Source: Mobula hypostoma
Taxonomy: Eukaryota
Reading direction: 5' to 3'
Assembly: GCF_963921235.1 (NCBI RefSeq)
Contig: NC_086098.1
Span: 8,122,001 to 8,186,000, forward strand
DNA: 64,000 nt
Shown here: piece after piece, positions 51,381-63,383 of the stretch
Layout of the letters: each line of letters begins with the position of its first letter
How positions within the stretch are numbered: the first letter of the stretch is position 1
Program-made: the position numbers and the translations under genes
Notes under the pieces: model-generated
The model's database searches: none
What the model was told of the DNA's origin: nothing
Seen by the model: the letters and a program-made list of their open reading frames with translations, nothing else

Positions 51381-51652
51381 GGTGGCATGGCAGTGTAGTG
51401 GTTAGCACAACACTCTGCAGAACAGGTAACCTGGGTTCAATTGCTGCCACTGCCTGTAAGGAGCTTGTATGTTTTACTAGTGACTGCATGGGTTCCTTCC
51501 CTCTGTTCAAAGACATACTGGTTAGTAGACTAATTGGCCATTGTAAATTGTCCCGTGATTAGGCTAGGATTAAATCATGGGATTGCTGGGCAGCGTGGTT
51601 CAAAGGGCTGGAAGGGCTTCTTCCCCACTGTATCCCAATAAATAAATAAATA
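51381..51652 (+). mobile_element. tRNA-derived V-SINE (HE1-like) with CR1-type 3' end
   Basis: A box GTGTAGTGGTTAGC, B box GGTTCAATTGC, V-like block, AAGGGCTGGAAGGGC...(AATA)n. Confidence 0.78.
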
Positions 51653-52033
51653 ATAGATAAAGGACCAAATTTAATTAGGGATCTTAAGGTAAAGAAACCC
51701 TTAGTGATCATAATATTATGGAAATCACCCTGCATTTTGAGAGGGAGAAGATAAAGTCTGTATCAGTATTACAGTAGAGTAAAGGGAATTACAGAGGCGT
51801 GAGAGAGGAGCTGGCCAGAATTGATTGGAAGGGTGCACCAGCAGAACTGACAGCAGATCAACATTCGCTGGAGTTTCTGCGAACAATTCAAAAGGAGTCG
51901 GATAGATATATCCCAAAGATGAAGAAGCACTCTGAAGGAAGGATGAGGCATCCATGACTGACAAGGGAAGTCAAAGACAACATAAAAGAGAGGGAATGTA
52001 GTAGAGTAAAAATTAATGGGAAATTAGAGAATT

Positions 52034-54293
52034 AACATAGAAACATAGAAACATAGAAAATAGGTGCAGGAGTAGGCCATTCGGCCCTTTGAGCCTGCAC
52101 CGCCATTTATTATGATCATGGCTGATCATCCAACTCAGAACCCAGCCTTCCCTCCATACCCCCTGACCCCTGTAGCCACAAGGGCCATATCTAACTTCCT
52201 TTTAAACATAGCTAATGAACTGGCCTCAACAGTTTGCTGTGGCAGAGAATTCCACAGATTCACCACTCTCTGTGTGAAGAAGTTTTTCCTAACCTCGGTC
52301 CTAAAAGGCTTCCCCTCTATCCTCAAACTGTGACCCCTCGTTCTAGACCTCCCCAACATCGGGAACAATCTTCCTGCATCTAGCCTGTCCAATCCCTTTA
52401 GGATCTTATACGTTTCAATCAGATCCCCCCTCAATCTTCTAAATTCCAACGAGTACAAGCCCAGTTCATCCAGTCTTTCTTCATATGAAAGACCTGCCAT
52501 CCCAGGAATCAATCTGGTGAACCTTCTTTGTACTCCCTCTATGGCAAAGATGTCTTTCCTCAGATTAGGGGACCAAAACTGCACACAATACTCCAGGTGT
52601 GGTCTCACCAAGGCCTTGTACAACTGCAGTAGTACCTCCCTGCTCCTGTACTCGAATCCTCTCGCTATAAATGCCAGCATACCGTTCGCCTTTTTCACCG
52701 CCTGCTGTACCTGCATGCCCACTTTCAATGACTGGTGTATAATGACACCCAGGTCTCCTTGCACCTCCCCTTTTCCTAATCGGCCACCATTCAGATAATA
52801 ATCTGTTTTCCTATTTTTGCCACCAAAGTGGATAACTTCACATTTATCCACATTAAATTGCATCTGCCATGAGTTTGCCCACTCACCCAACCTATCCAAG
52901 TCACCCTGCATCCTCTTAGCATCCTCCTCACTGCTAACACTGCCACCCAGCTTCGTGTCATCCGCAAACTTGGAGATGCTGCATTTAATTCCCTCATCCA
53001 AGTCATTAATATATATTGTAAACAACTGGGGTCCCAGCACTGAGCCTTGCGGTACCCCACTAGTCACCGCCTGCCATTCTGAAAAGGTCCCGTTTATTCC
53101 CACTCTTTGCTTCCTGTCTGCTAACCAATTCTCCACCCACACCAATACCTTACCCCCAATACCGTGTGCTTTAAGTTTGCACACTAATCTCCTATGTGGG
53201 ACCTTGTCAAAAGCCTTTTGAAAATCCAAATATACCACATCCACTGGTTCTCCCCTATCCACTCTACTAGTTACATCCTCAAAAAATTCTATGAGATTCG
53301 TCAGACATGATTTTCCTTTCACAAATCCATGCTGACTTTGTCCGATCATTTCACCGCTTTCCAAATGTGCTGTTATCACATCCTTGATAACTGACTCCAG
53401 CAGTTTCCCCACCACCGACGTTAGGCTAACCGGCCTATAATTCCCCGGTTTCTCTCTCCCTCCTTTTTTAAAAAGTGGGGTTACATTAGCCACCCTCCAA
53501 TCCTCAGGAACTAGTCCAGAATCTAACGAGTTTTGAAAAATTATCACTAATGCATCCACTATTTCTTGGGCCACTTCCTTAAGCACTCTGGGATGCAGAC
53601 CATCTGGCCCTGGGGATTTATCTGCCTTCAATCCCTTCAATTTACCTAACACCACTTCCCTACTAACATGTATTTCGCTCAGTTCCTCCATCTCACTGGA
53701 CCCTCTGTCCCTTACTATTTCTGGAAGATTATTTATGTCCTCCTTAGTGAAGACAGAACCAAAGTAATTATTCAATTGGTCTGCCATGTCCTTGCTCCCC
53801 ATAATCAATTCACCTGTTTCTGTTTGCAGGGGACCTACATTTGTCTTTATCAGTCTTTTCCTTTTTACATATCTATAAAAGCTTTTACAGTCCGTTTTTA
53901 TGTTCTCTGCCAGTTTTCTCTCATAATCTTTTTTCCCCTTCCTAATTAAGCCCTTTGTCCTCCTCTGCTGAACTCTGAATTTCTCCCAGTCCTCAGGTGA
54001 GCCACTTTCTCTGGCTAATTTGTATGCTACTTCTTTGGAATTGATACTATCCCTAATTTCTCTTGTCAGCCACGGGTGCACTACCTTCCTTGATTTATTC
54101 TTTTGCCAAACTGGGATGAACAATTGTTGTAGTTCATCCATGCAACCTTTAAATGCCTGCCATTGCATATCCACCGTCAATCCTTGAAGTGTCATTTGCC
54201 AGTCTATCTTAGCTAATTCATGTCTCATACCTTCAAAGTTACCCCTCTTTAAGTTCAGAACCTTTGTTTCTGAATTAACTACGTCACTCTCGT
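52034..54293 (-). mobile_element. Very young 5'-truncated CR1 with open ORF2 portion, TSD GAATT
   Basis: ORF 52135-54318 is open; GAATT at 52029-52033 and 54294-54298. Confidence 0.97.
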
Positions 54294-54402
54294 GAATTGG
54301 GAAGCTTTTAAAAACCAACAGAAGACAACTAAAAAAGCAATAAAGAGAGAAAAGATGAAATATGAAGGAAAGCTAGCCAATAATATCAAAGAGGATACCA
54401 AA

Positions 54403-54894
54403 ATGTTTGCTGTTGTGTGCTGGGGCAGCAGGCTGAGGGTGGCAGACACCAACAGAATCAACAAACTCATTTGTAAGGCCAGTGATGTTGTGGGGATGGA
54501 ACTGGACTCTCTCACGGTGGTGTCTGAAAAGAGGATGCTGTCCAAGTTGCATGCCATCTTGGTCAATGTCTCCCATCCACTACATAATGTACTGGGTGGG
54601 CACAGGAGTACATTCAGCCAGAGACTCATTCCACTGAGATGCAGCGCAGAGCGTCATAGGAAGTCATTCCTGCCTGTGGCCATCAAACTTTACAACTCCT
54701 CCCTTGGAGGGTCAGACACCCTGAGCCAATAGGCTGGTCCTGGACTTATTTCATAATTTACTGGCATAATTTACATATCACTATTTAACTATTTATGGTT
54801 CTATTACTATTTATTATTTATGGAGCAACTGTAACGAAAACCAGTTTCCCCCGGGATTAATAAAGTATGACTATGACTATGACTATGACTATGA
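54403..54894 (+). mobile_element. 5'-truncated Rex1, (TATGAC)n-tail family
   Basis: MFAVVCWGSRLRVADTNRINK; AATAAAG(TATGAC)n. Confidence 0.95.
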
Positions 54895-55574
54895 AAAGAT
54901 TTTTCAAATATATAAAGAGTAAAAGAGAGGCAAGATGTTGGACCGGTGAAAAATGATGCTGGTGCAATAGTATTGGAGGACAAAAAAATTGCAGCGAAAC
55001 TTAATAAGTTTTTTGCATCAGTCTTCACTATGGAAGACACTAGCAGGGGTAGAAGTAAGTGTTGTGCTAAGGAGAAAGTGCATGGGAAGATGAAAAATCT
55101 GAAGATAGATATATCACCTGGACCAGATGGAATGCACCCCAGGGTTCTGAAAGAAGTGGCTGCAGAGATTGTGGAATGGTCCCAGAGGGCTGGAAAATTG
55201 CAAATGACACTCAAATTTTTAAGAAGGGAGAGAAGCAGAAGAAAGGAAACTGGTGGATGTTGTGTACTTTGATTTTCAGAATGCCTTTGACTTGGTGCTG
55301 CACATGAGACTGTTTAAGAAGATAAGAGCCCATGATATTACAGGAAAAGTGCTTGCATAGATAGAAGACTGGTTGATTGTCAGGAGGCAAAGAGTGGGAA
55401 TAAAGGGGGCCTTTTCTGCTTGACTGCCGGTGATTAGTGATGTTCTGCAGGGGTCAGTATTGGGACCAAATAGTCTAATTCTGCTCTTACATCTATTGGT
55501 CTAATGGTCCATTCAGCCCATCAAGTCTGCTCCACCATTCCATCATGGCTGATTTATTATTCCTGTCAACCCTC

Positions 55575-57538
55575 TCAACATCACAAAAACAAAGAAAAGT
55601 TTTCCCCAATCAGAAACCATGGATGAACAGAGAGGTTCACCTCCTGCTCAAAGCCAGAGATTCAGCCTTCAGGTCTGAAGACTGGGAGCTTACAGCTCAG
55701 CCAGGGCCAACCTGAGGAGGAGAATCTCTCAGGCTAAACACATATGCAAACAGAGAATCGAGGAGTATTTCAACTCCTCGGACCCCTGTCCCACGTGGCA
55801 TGGCATACAGGTCATTACAGACTTCAAATCACCTAGTACTGTGCCCCCTTCCAGTTCTGCTTCCCTCCCTGATGAGCTCAATTACTTCTACACTCGCTTT
55901 GACCGAGAGAACAAGGAGATCACCCTCAAATCAGATCTACCACCTGGTGAACTGCCTCTCTCACTTTCCACCTCCGATGTTTGTGCCACCCTGAGCAGGG
56001 TGAATGTACGGAAGGCAGCTGGTCTGGATGGAATACCTGGCCGCGTGCTCAGAGTCTGTGCAGGGCAGTTGGCCGGGGTCTTCACAGACATTTTTAATCT
56101 GTCCCTGGCCCAGGCAGTTGTCCTCACTAACTTCAAGATTACCACCATTGTGCCATTGCCGAAGCATTCCAATGCCACAGGCCTGAATGACTTCCGCCCA
56201 GTTGCACTCACCCCCATCATTGCAAAGTGCTTTGAGAGACTGGTTCTATCACATCTGAAATCCTGTCTGCCCACTACCCTGGACCCACATCAATTTGCCT
56301 ATCGCACCAACAGGTCAACAGAGGACGCCATCTCCACGGCACTTCACTCTGCCCTGACCCACCTGGACAGCCCCAACTCTTACGTCAGAATGCTGTTCAT
56401 TGACTTTAGTTCAGCATTCAATACTGTGATCCCCTCCAAGCTGATCACCAAACTTCGCCAGCTTGGTATTAGCTCATCCCTCTGCAATTGGACCTTGGAC
56501 TTTCTGACTAGCAGATCCCAATCAGTTAAGTTAGACAACCTCTCCTCCTCCACTCTTACCCTGAACACCGGCATGCCTCAGGGCTGTGTGCTGAGCCCTC
56601 TTCTGTACTCCCTTTTCACCTATGACTGCGTTCCTGTACGTGGTTCTAACTCCATAATCAAGTTCGCAGATGACACCATGGTGGTTGGTCTGATCAGAGG
56701 GGATGACGAGATGGCCTACAGAGACAAGGTCAAGCATCTGGTCCCGTGGTGTGCCGACAACAACCTGGCCCTTAACACCCAAAAGACTAAGGAGATCATT
56801 GAAGACTTCAGGCATGCTAGGAGCCACATTCACATCCCCATCGACATCAACGGAGCTGTAGTGGAGCGTGTATCAACCTTCAAATTCCTTGGTGTTCACA
56901 TTTCCAAGGATCTCACCTGGTCCCTGAACCCGACCATCCTGATCAAAAAGGTGCAACAGTATCTTTATTGCCTGTAGAGCATCAAGAAAGCTCACCTCTG
57001 TCCCAGGATACTGACGGACTTTTACCGCTGTACCATTGAGAGCATACTCACCAACTGCATCTCAGTGTGGTGTGGCAATTGCCCCGTATTGGACCACAAA
57101 GTACTCCTGTGTGGTGAAAACTGTCCAGCGGATTATCGGCACCCAATTGCCCACCATCGAGAACGTCTACCATAAACGCTGCCTGGGCAGGGCGAAAAGC
57201 ATTCAAGGATGCATCTCACCCTAACCGTGGACTTTTTACTCTCCCCCCATCCAGTAGGTGCTACAGGAGCCTCCACTCCCGCACCAGCAGGCACAGGAAG
57301 AGCTTCTTCACTCGGGCTGTGACCCTGCTGAACCTCACAACACAGCACTAAGCAGTATTGCACCCATATTGTGCTGTCTCAGTACTTTTATATTTGTGTG
57401 CTGTAGCACTTACTTTTTATTCGCAGTTATTTTGTAAATAACACTATTCTTTGCATTTCTGGTCAGATGCTAACTGCATTTCATTGGCTTTGTATCTGTA
57501 CTCGGCACGATGACAATAAAATGAATCTAATCTAATCT
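55575..57538 (+). mobile_element. Rex1/Babar LINE with largely open RT, (AATCT)n tail, within a CR1 3' fragment
   Basis: ORF 55841-56977: NDFRPVALT, FIDFSSAFNT, QGCVLSPLLY, KFADD; tail TGACAATAAAATGAATCTAATCTAATCT. Confidence 0.95.
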
Positions 57539-58077
57539 ATTCTTTTGCCTTCTCTGTGCAACCTGTGATGACCTTACGAATCAAGATCCTGTACTTGGCC
57601 TCCACAGTTGGCTGTGCCGACAAGTTCTATAATTTCACCATGCTAAATGAATTCCTCTTCATTTCGGTACTAAAGGGATGTCCTTGTATTCTGAGTCCGT
57701 GCCCTATGGTCCTAGACTCTCCTTCAATAGGAAACACCCTCCTCACATCCACTCTATCTAGTCCTTTCAATGAGATTACCCCCTCACTCTAAAACTGCAG
57801 TGAGTACAGACCCATATTAGCACTTAGTTCCCTACAAATTAGAAAGAAATCTGATTACAGTCCATTCACAACTAACTCAGGAGAGAACAGTGACAAATAC
57901 ACTATCTTTATAGCCATGATTAGTATATCGTTTGAACTACACTGTAGACAGATATTTGATTCTCTCTAAAGGGCATCGCTGAACGTTCAAGGCAATGCAG
58001 TGTGCAAAAAAAAAGAAAGATCAATGGTTTGTTTGACTGCCCTATCAAATTTTTTGAGACAAATATGCATATTATTG

Positions 58078-58760
58078 TAAACACAAGGGATTCTGCAGAT
58101 GCTGGAAATTGAGAGTAAAACAGACAATACGCTCGAGGAACTCAGCAGGTCAGACAGCATGAATGGAAGTGAATAAACAGTCGACATTTCAGTCCAAAAC
58201 CTCTCACCAGGACCATATTCCGTGGTCCAGATGTGATTATTCTTGTTCTGGTTCTGAAATCATTATTCAATTATATGGAGAAGTTCGTAATACAGTTACA
58301 GTCCGAATTAAAGTTATCACTTTAATTAAGGAGGAGCAACATCTTACATTCCTTCTGGGTAGCCTCCAAACCGATGGCATGAATATCGATTTTTTCTTCT
58401 GCTACACAAATATCCCCGCCCCTCCTCCCCACCCTCTATTCCCTACTTTGACCTTTTACTTCATCTCACCTGCCTACTACTTCCCCCTGGATCCCCTCCC
58501 TCTTCCCCCCCTCCTCTCCTATCAGATTCTTCCTCCTCAACCCTTCACCTTTCCCACCCACCTGGCTTCACCTATCACCTTCCAGGTAACCTCCTTCTCC
58601 CCCCTCCTCCTTTTTATTCTGATGTTATCCCCCTTCCTTCTCAGTCCTGAAGAAGAGTCTTGACCCAAAACGTTGACCACGTACTCATTTCCACAGATGC
58701 TCCCTCCGGTATCTTGTATGTGTTGCTTTGGATTTCCAGCATCTGCAGAATCTCTCCTCT
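58078..58760 (+). mobile_element. Penelope-like 3' fragment preceded by an inverted terminal repeat
   Basis: Inverted repeat copy at 58078-58213; EEQHLTFLLGSLQTDGMNIDF; degenerate hammerhead CTGAAGA...CCCAAAACGTT near 58647-58674. Confidence 0.82.
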
Positions 58761-59451
58761 TTATGCGTTCTCACAATAGTTTAAAACATTTCACTGAAGC
58801 CAACCCTTAGTCAGGGGTGTGTGTGTATTCCATACATAATGTCAGCACTAAGAGGATTTGCTTCATTCTTGTATAATTTTAAATCAGTCTAGATCTGGAT
58901 TTGGAGCCCAACATGGCCCTGAAGTGAAACACTGTATCTCCCAGAGAAATGAGTCTCATTCCATTACCCTTTATTGCGTTCATTTAAGCAGCCATATTTT
59001 AAGGTAATTACTTTCCTCATATTTCTTCCCCCAGTTGTCCCAAGGTTCTGATAGGCAGTGAGCAAAACCTACTCCCAGATTCCTACTGCTAGATTCAAAA
59101 TAGTTCATTTGCTTCCTCCTTGGTCTCTGCAGGAGAATGGTTTCTGCTTAATGCTCTCACACAACACTATAGCTAGGATCAAGACTGTAGAAGATGAGGA
59201 TTGGAATATGCCATTATAATTTGGATTTCATTTAAAATCATTTGCATTCAGATGTTTCAAGTGAAATTTTTATTTATCCGACTGAGCAATTATGAATGTG
59301 ATTCAAGTAGCCTGAAATTATATTTGTGTTCAGCTTCAAACGGTCTATCATAACCACAAAAAAAATTCTGAGGAAGCAACACTTTTGAAAAAAATTGCTG
59401 TCCAATGTAATCAGCATGTATGGATTTTTTGGCAAAGAATTGGAATATGTA

Positions 59452-59590
59452 TACACAAGAGACTCTGCAGATGCTGGAAATCCAGAGCAATACACACAAA
59501 ATGCTGTATTAACTCAGCAGGTCACATAGCAGCATCTATGAAGAGGAATAAACAGTCGACGTTTTGAGCTGAGACACTTTAGCAGGACAG
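59452..59590 (-). mobile_element. Solo Penelope terminal repeat
   Basis: Reverse homolog of 40735-40868. Confidence 0.78.
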
Positions 59591-59924
59591 ATTGGAATTC
59601 CTGAAAAGTATCTTTGATACACCCTCCCCTAAAAATGAAGACAAAGAAAATGCCTATGGTGGAAATCTAAAATGAACAAAAATAGAAGATTTTAGAACAA
59701 TTCTGTAGTGCAGGCTCCAGGGGTAGAAAGACAAGGAGAGATCTTCAACTGTTAATGTTACAGGTGACTGAGAGGAGGTCAAGTGATGCATTTCCTTACA
59801 ATGGAGTAGAGAGCAGCCCTACCATTCATGAAGGTTAGCAACAATAACCACACTGGTCAGAAATTTAAATTACTTTTTCCATTGCTCCACACTCAGGTCA
59901 ATACATTCAGAAACGTACCTGGTT

Positions 59925-60540
59925 GATTACCATCAGAGAAAACGTACAAGATCCTGAAAGCACCCACTCAACAATTTAGAAATAGCTTCCTCCCCTCTGT
60001 CATCAGATTTCTGAATGGACAAAAAATGTACCTCACTCCATCTTTTGCATACTTATTTAATTTAACTATTTACTAATATATACTTACACCGTTTTTTTCT
60101 ATTATTATGTATTGCATTGTACTGCTGCTGCAAAAAACAAAAATTTCACAACACATTTCGATGATATTAAACCTGATCTGGGTGGTGTTGGACCCCAGGC
60201 TCCTGGATCTCCTACCTGAGACAAGATCAAGGCCTGGAAGGTGGCGACAATTGATGATGGATGCTGCTTTCTCGTAGCAATGCTCTTTGTAAGTGTGCCT
60301 TTGATGTTTCCACCACTGTCCATAAGAAGATTGTACGCTCTCCCTGTGACTGCGTGGGTTTCCTCCGGGTGTCTGATTTTCTCCACATCCCAGGGACATA
60401 CAGGTTAGAAGGTTAATTAGTCACATGGGTGATATTGGGCAGCACGTGCATGTTGTTCCGGAAGGGCCTGTTACCTTGTTCCGGAAGTCCGTCATCGTGC
60501 CCGATGCCTGAGTCAGCATAATAGTAGTATCTCTAAATGA
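59925..60540. mobile_element. Rex 3' remnants (both strands) and a V-SINE fragment (60310-60540)
   Basis: CCCTCTGTCATCAGATTTCTGAATGGAC; GTGACTGCGTGGGTTTCCTCCGGGTG. Confidence 0.7.
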
Positions 60541-61429
60541 GAAAAAAAGAACAAGTGGATTTACTATAATTGTGTGGGTTGTCCAGTTGACATACTGCCT
60601 TTGGAATTATCTAGCTAATAAAAGAATGAGGGCAGTCAGGGAGGGAATAAGAGTAGCCGCCTTACGGCAACTATTGAAGAAAAAATACCACACGTGATTT
60701 CAGGTGGATCATCTTACATTGGAACTGATCGGTTTGTCTCTGTGAACAGTTTTGAGATGAGCTGAGCCCACATGCAAGTATAACCAATTCAGCATGCCGA
60801 CATGGATCAGTGAGGTAGCAGAAGTATTCTTCTGTTGGGAATTAATATTCTTATGTATCTGCTCTTTGATGGCAGAATTATAATATTCATGATGTAAATG
60901 TGAAATCACAGTATTAATAATTTTCAGGGATGATGCTTTGATAAACAGTGGAAAAAAAGACGCTGTTCAAATATCACAATTTGTGGATGGATTGTTTAAT
61001 TTAGTAACTTTGCAGTCAGCAGATATAAAAATGTATTTTTGAATGAGTACTTTATTAAAATTAATGAATGACGTTCTAACAGTGTCTCTCAAGGTCAAGA
61101 CTCTCGAGCGGCCGTGTATTTGAAAGCAATTGGCTGACATAAAGTGATCATAATGTTGGTCAGCACAGTCCAGGGAAAGCAGAAACACAGGGACACAGGT
61201 GGGTTTCACGGAAGTACACATGTACACAATCCATTTGCATTTCTGTAGCAAGAATCAATTTCATTTCTGACATTATATATTGCATAAATTTTCTTCGAGG
61301 AGCCTGAGGGGAAATGGGGAGGTCAAGTTACTTGGAAGGCTGGTAACTTCTGAATGTGCACAGGAGCACTTCTGATTTCGGACTGCTAGCTAATACATCT
61401 CATGAGCAGATCGTTTACTTTAATCATTA

Positions 61430-62180
61430 GGTTCATAGAATGTCACGGAACAGAAGGATGCCCTTCTGCCCATCTAGTCTGTACTGAACCATTAATCTGC
61501 CTAGTCCCATTGACCTGTACCCGGACCATAGCCAACAGAACACTCCCATCCATGTACCTATCCAAATTTCTCTTAAATGTTGAAATCAACCTCACATCCA
61601 CAACTGGCACTGGCAGCTCAATCCACACTCTCACTACTCTCTGAATGAAGAGGATCCCCTTCATGTTCCCCTTAAACATTTCATCTTTCACCTTTAACCC
61701 ATGGCTTCTAGTTCTAGTCTCACCCAAACTCAGTGGAAAAAGCCTACTCATGTTTACCCTATCTATACCTCTTATAATTTTGTATACCTCTGTTAAATCT
61801 CCCCTCAATCTTCTACATTCCAGGGAATAATGTTCTAATCTATTCAACCCTTCCCTACAACTCAGGTCTACAAGTCCTGGCAACATCCTTGTAAATTTCT
61901 CTGCACTCTTTCAATCTTATTTACACCTCTCCTGTAGATAGGTGATCAAAACTTCACACAATACTCCAAATTAGGCCTCACCAATCACTAACATGGCTAC
62001 AACATAACATCATATCTCCTGTACTCAAGACATTAATTTATGAAGGCCAAAGTGCCAAAGGCTTTCTTTATAATCCTATCTACCTATGATGCCACTTTCA
62101 AGGAAATATGGATCTATATTCTCAGATCCTCCATTTTACCACACTGCTCGGTGCCCTGCCATTCATCATGTGAGATCTAC
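61430..62180 (-). mobile_element. CR1 3' fragment
   Basis: ORF 61443-61886 contains YSLECRRLRGDL. Confidence 0.9.
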
Positions 62181-62437
62181 GTTGTGTTATGTATTCTGGT
62201 TTTCTTGTCCTGAAATGTGAAGATATATTTTTAACCTAATTTTATATAATTGAATGTCATGTTATTTTAGGTGTATTTTTCTTTATCTATGTATTACCCC
62301 TCACTCATATTTTCTTATTTTGGTTAGAAACACTTAGCATTGACAAAATTATTATTTTAATTACTTGTTCTTTACACTGCTGGCATTTAAGGCAGCAATG
62401 AAGGTCCTCCATCTTTGTATGACCTTGGCCACAAAGA

Positions 62438-63383
62438 CAGACATGCCACTCATTTCAGGGAGGTAGCACCATCAATTTGCGGGAGACTTCCGGGAGAGGT
62501 GGGATGTCTGCAATAGAGTAGCTCCTTAGCAGCTGGCCAGCTAGTTTAAATAACGTTAACTATGCTAATGAATGAATGACACCTGTTAAACTCACCTCAA
62601 CATGTCTTTTACAATCTTAACCCACCATGGGCAATAGAAAAGTCACTGTTGCAAACAGTGCAGCGAGCAACACTGTCATTATTTTTGACCCCTATTAGGC
62701 AGGGGTACACTTCAGTGTAGTCTGGGGTGACGTACGTTTTATATTTCCCTTTTTTGGAACACGCTGCCACTCTGACTTTTTTTGGAACTCTCTTGCTCTC
62801 GCTGTCTCTCTCTCGCTCTCGCTCGTGCTCTTGCTCTCACTCTCTCTCTCGCTCTCGCTCATGCTCTTGCTCTCGCTCGTGCTCTTGCTCTCGCTCGCTC
62901 TCTCTCTCGCTCTCTCTCTCGCTCTCTCTCTCGCTCGTGCTCTCTCTCTCGCTCTTTCTCTCGCTCTCTCTCTCGCTCGTGCTCTCTCTCTCGCTCGCGC
63001 TCTTGCTCTCGCTTGTGCTCTCTCTCTCGCTCGTGCTCTCTCTTGCTCTCTCTCTCACTCTCTCTCTCGCTCTCTCTCTCGCTCGTGCTCTCTCTCTCTC
63101 GCTCTCTCTCTCGCTCGTGCTCTTGCTCTCGCTCTCTCTCTCGCTCTCTCTCTCACTCGCGCTCTTGCTCTCGCTCTCTCTCTCGCTCGCACTCTCTCGT
63201 TCATGGTCACTCTCATTCACGCTCACTGTCTCGTTCTTGCTCTCGCTCTCTCTCGCACACTCTCTCACGCTCGCTCTCAAAAAAAATCAATTTCCAAGAC
63301 ATTGTATACAATTTACAGGCATCAGGGAGCCACTATTAATATGCGGGAGACTCCAGGAACTTCCGGGAGAGGTGGGATGTCTG
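62438..63383 (-). mobile_element. Non-autonomous hAT-like DNA transposon with BED-finger remnant and 6-bp TSD
   Basis: TIRs CAGACATGCCAC / GTGGGATGTCTG; CAAAGA at 62432-62437 and 63384-63389; minus strand ARCTVCNSDFSIAHGG..DCKRHVE. Confidence 0.8.
62788..63278. repeat. (TC)n/(TCGC)-type compound microsatellite inside the hAT-like element
   Basis: Directly visible; explains the LS/RS/ER-repeat ORFs. Confidence 0.97.

Larger units (their letters stand above)
50840..55500 (+). mobile_element. Old CR1 (endonuclease to RT) hosting three insertions
   Basis: Homologous to 17000-18880; resumes after the SINE, the CR1 and the Rex insertions. Confidence 0.85.

Noticed and set aside
54292..54732. In-frame CR1-Rex1 fusion ORF
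   Set aside because: Chance frame match at an insertion junction; non-ATG start and no catalytic domain.
60700..61260. ORFs in unique DNA as coding exons
   Set aside because: No recognisable domain and no convincing paired splice sites.
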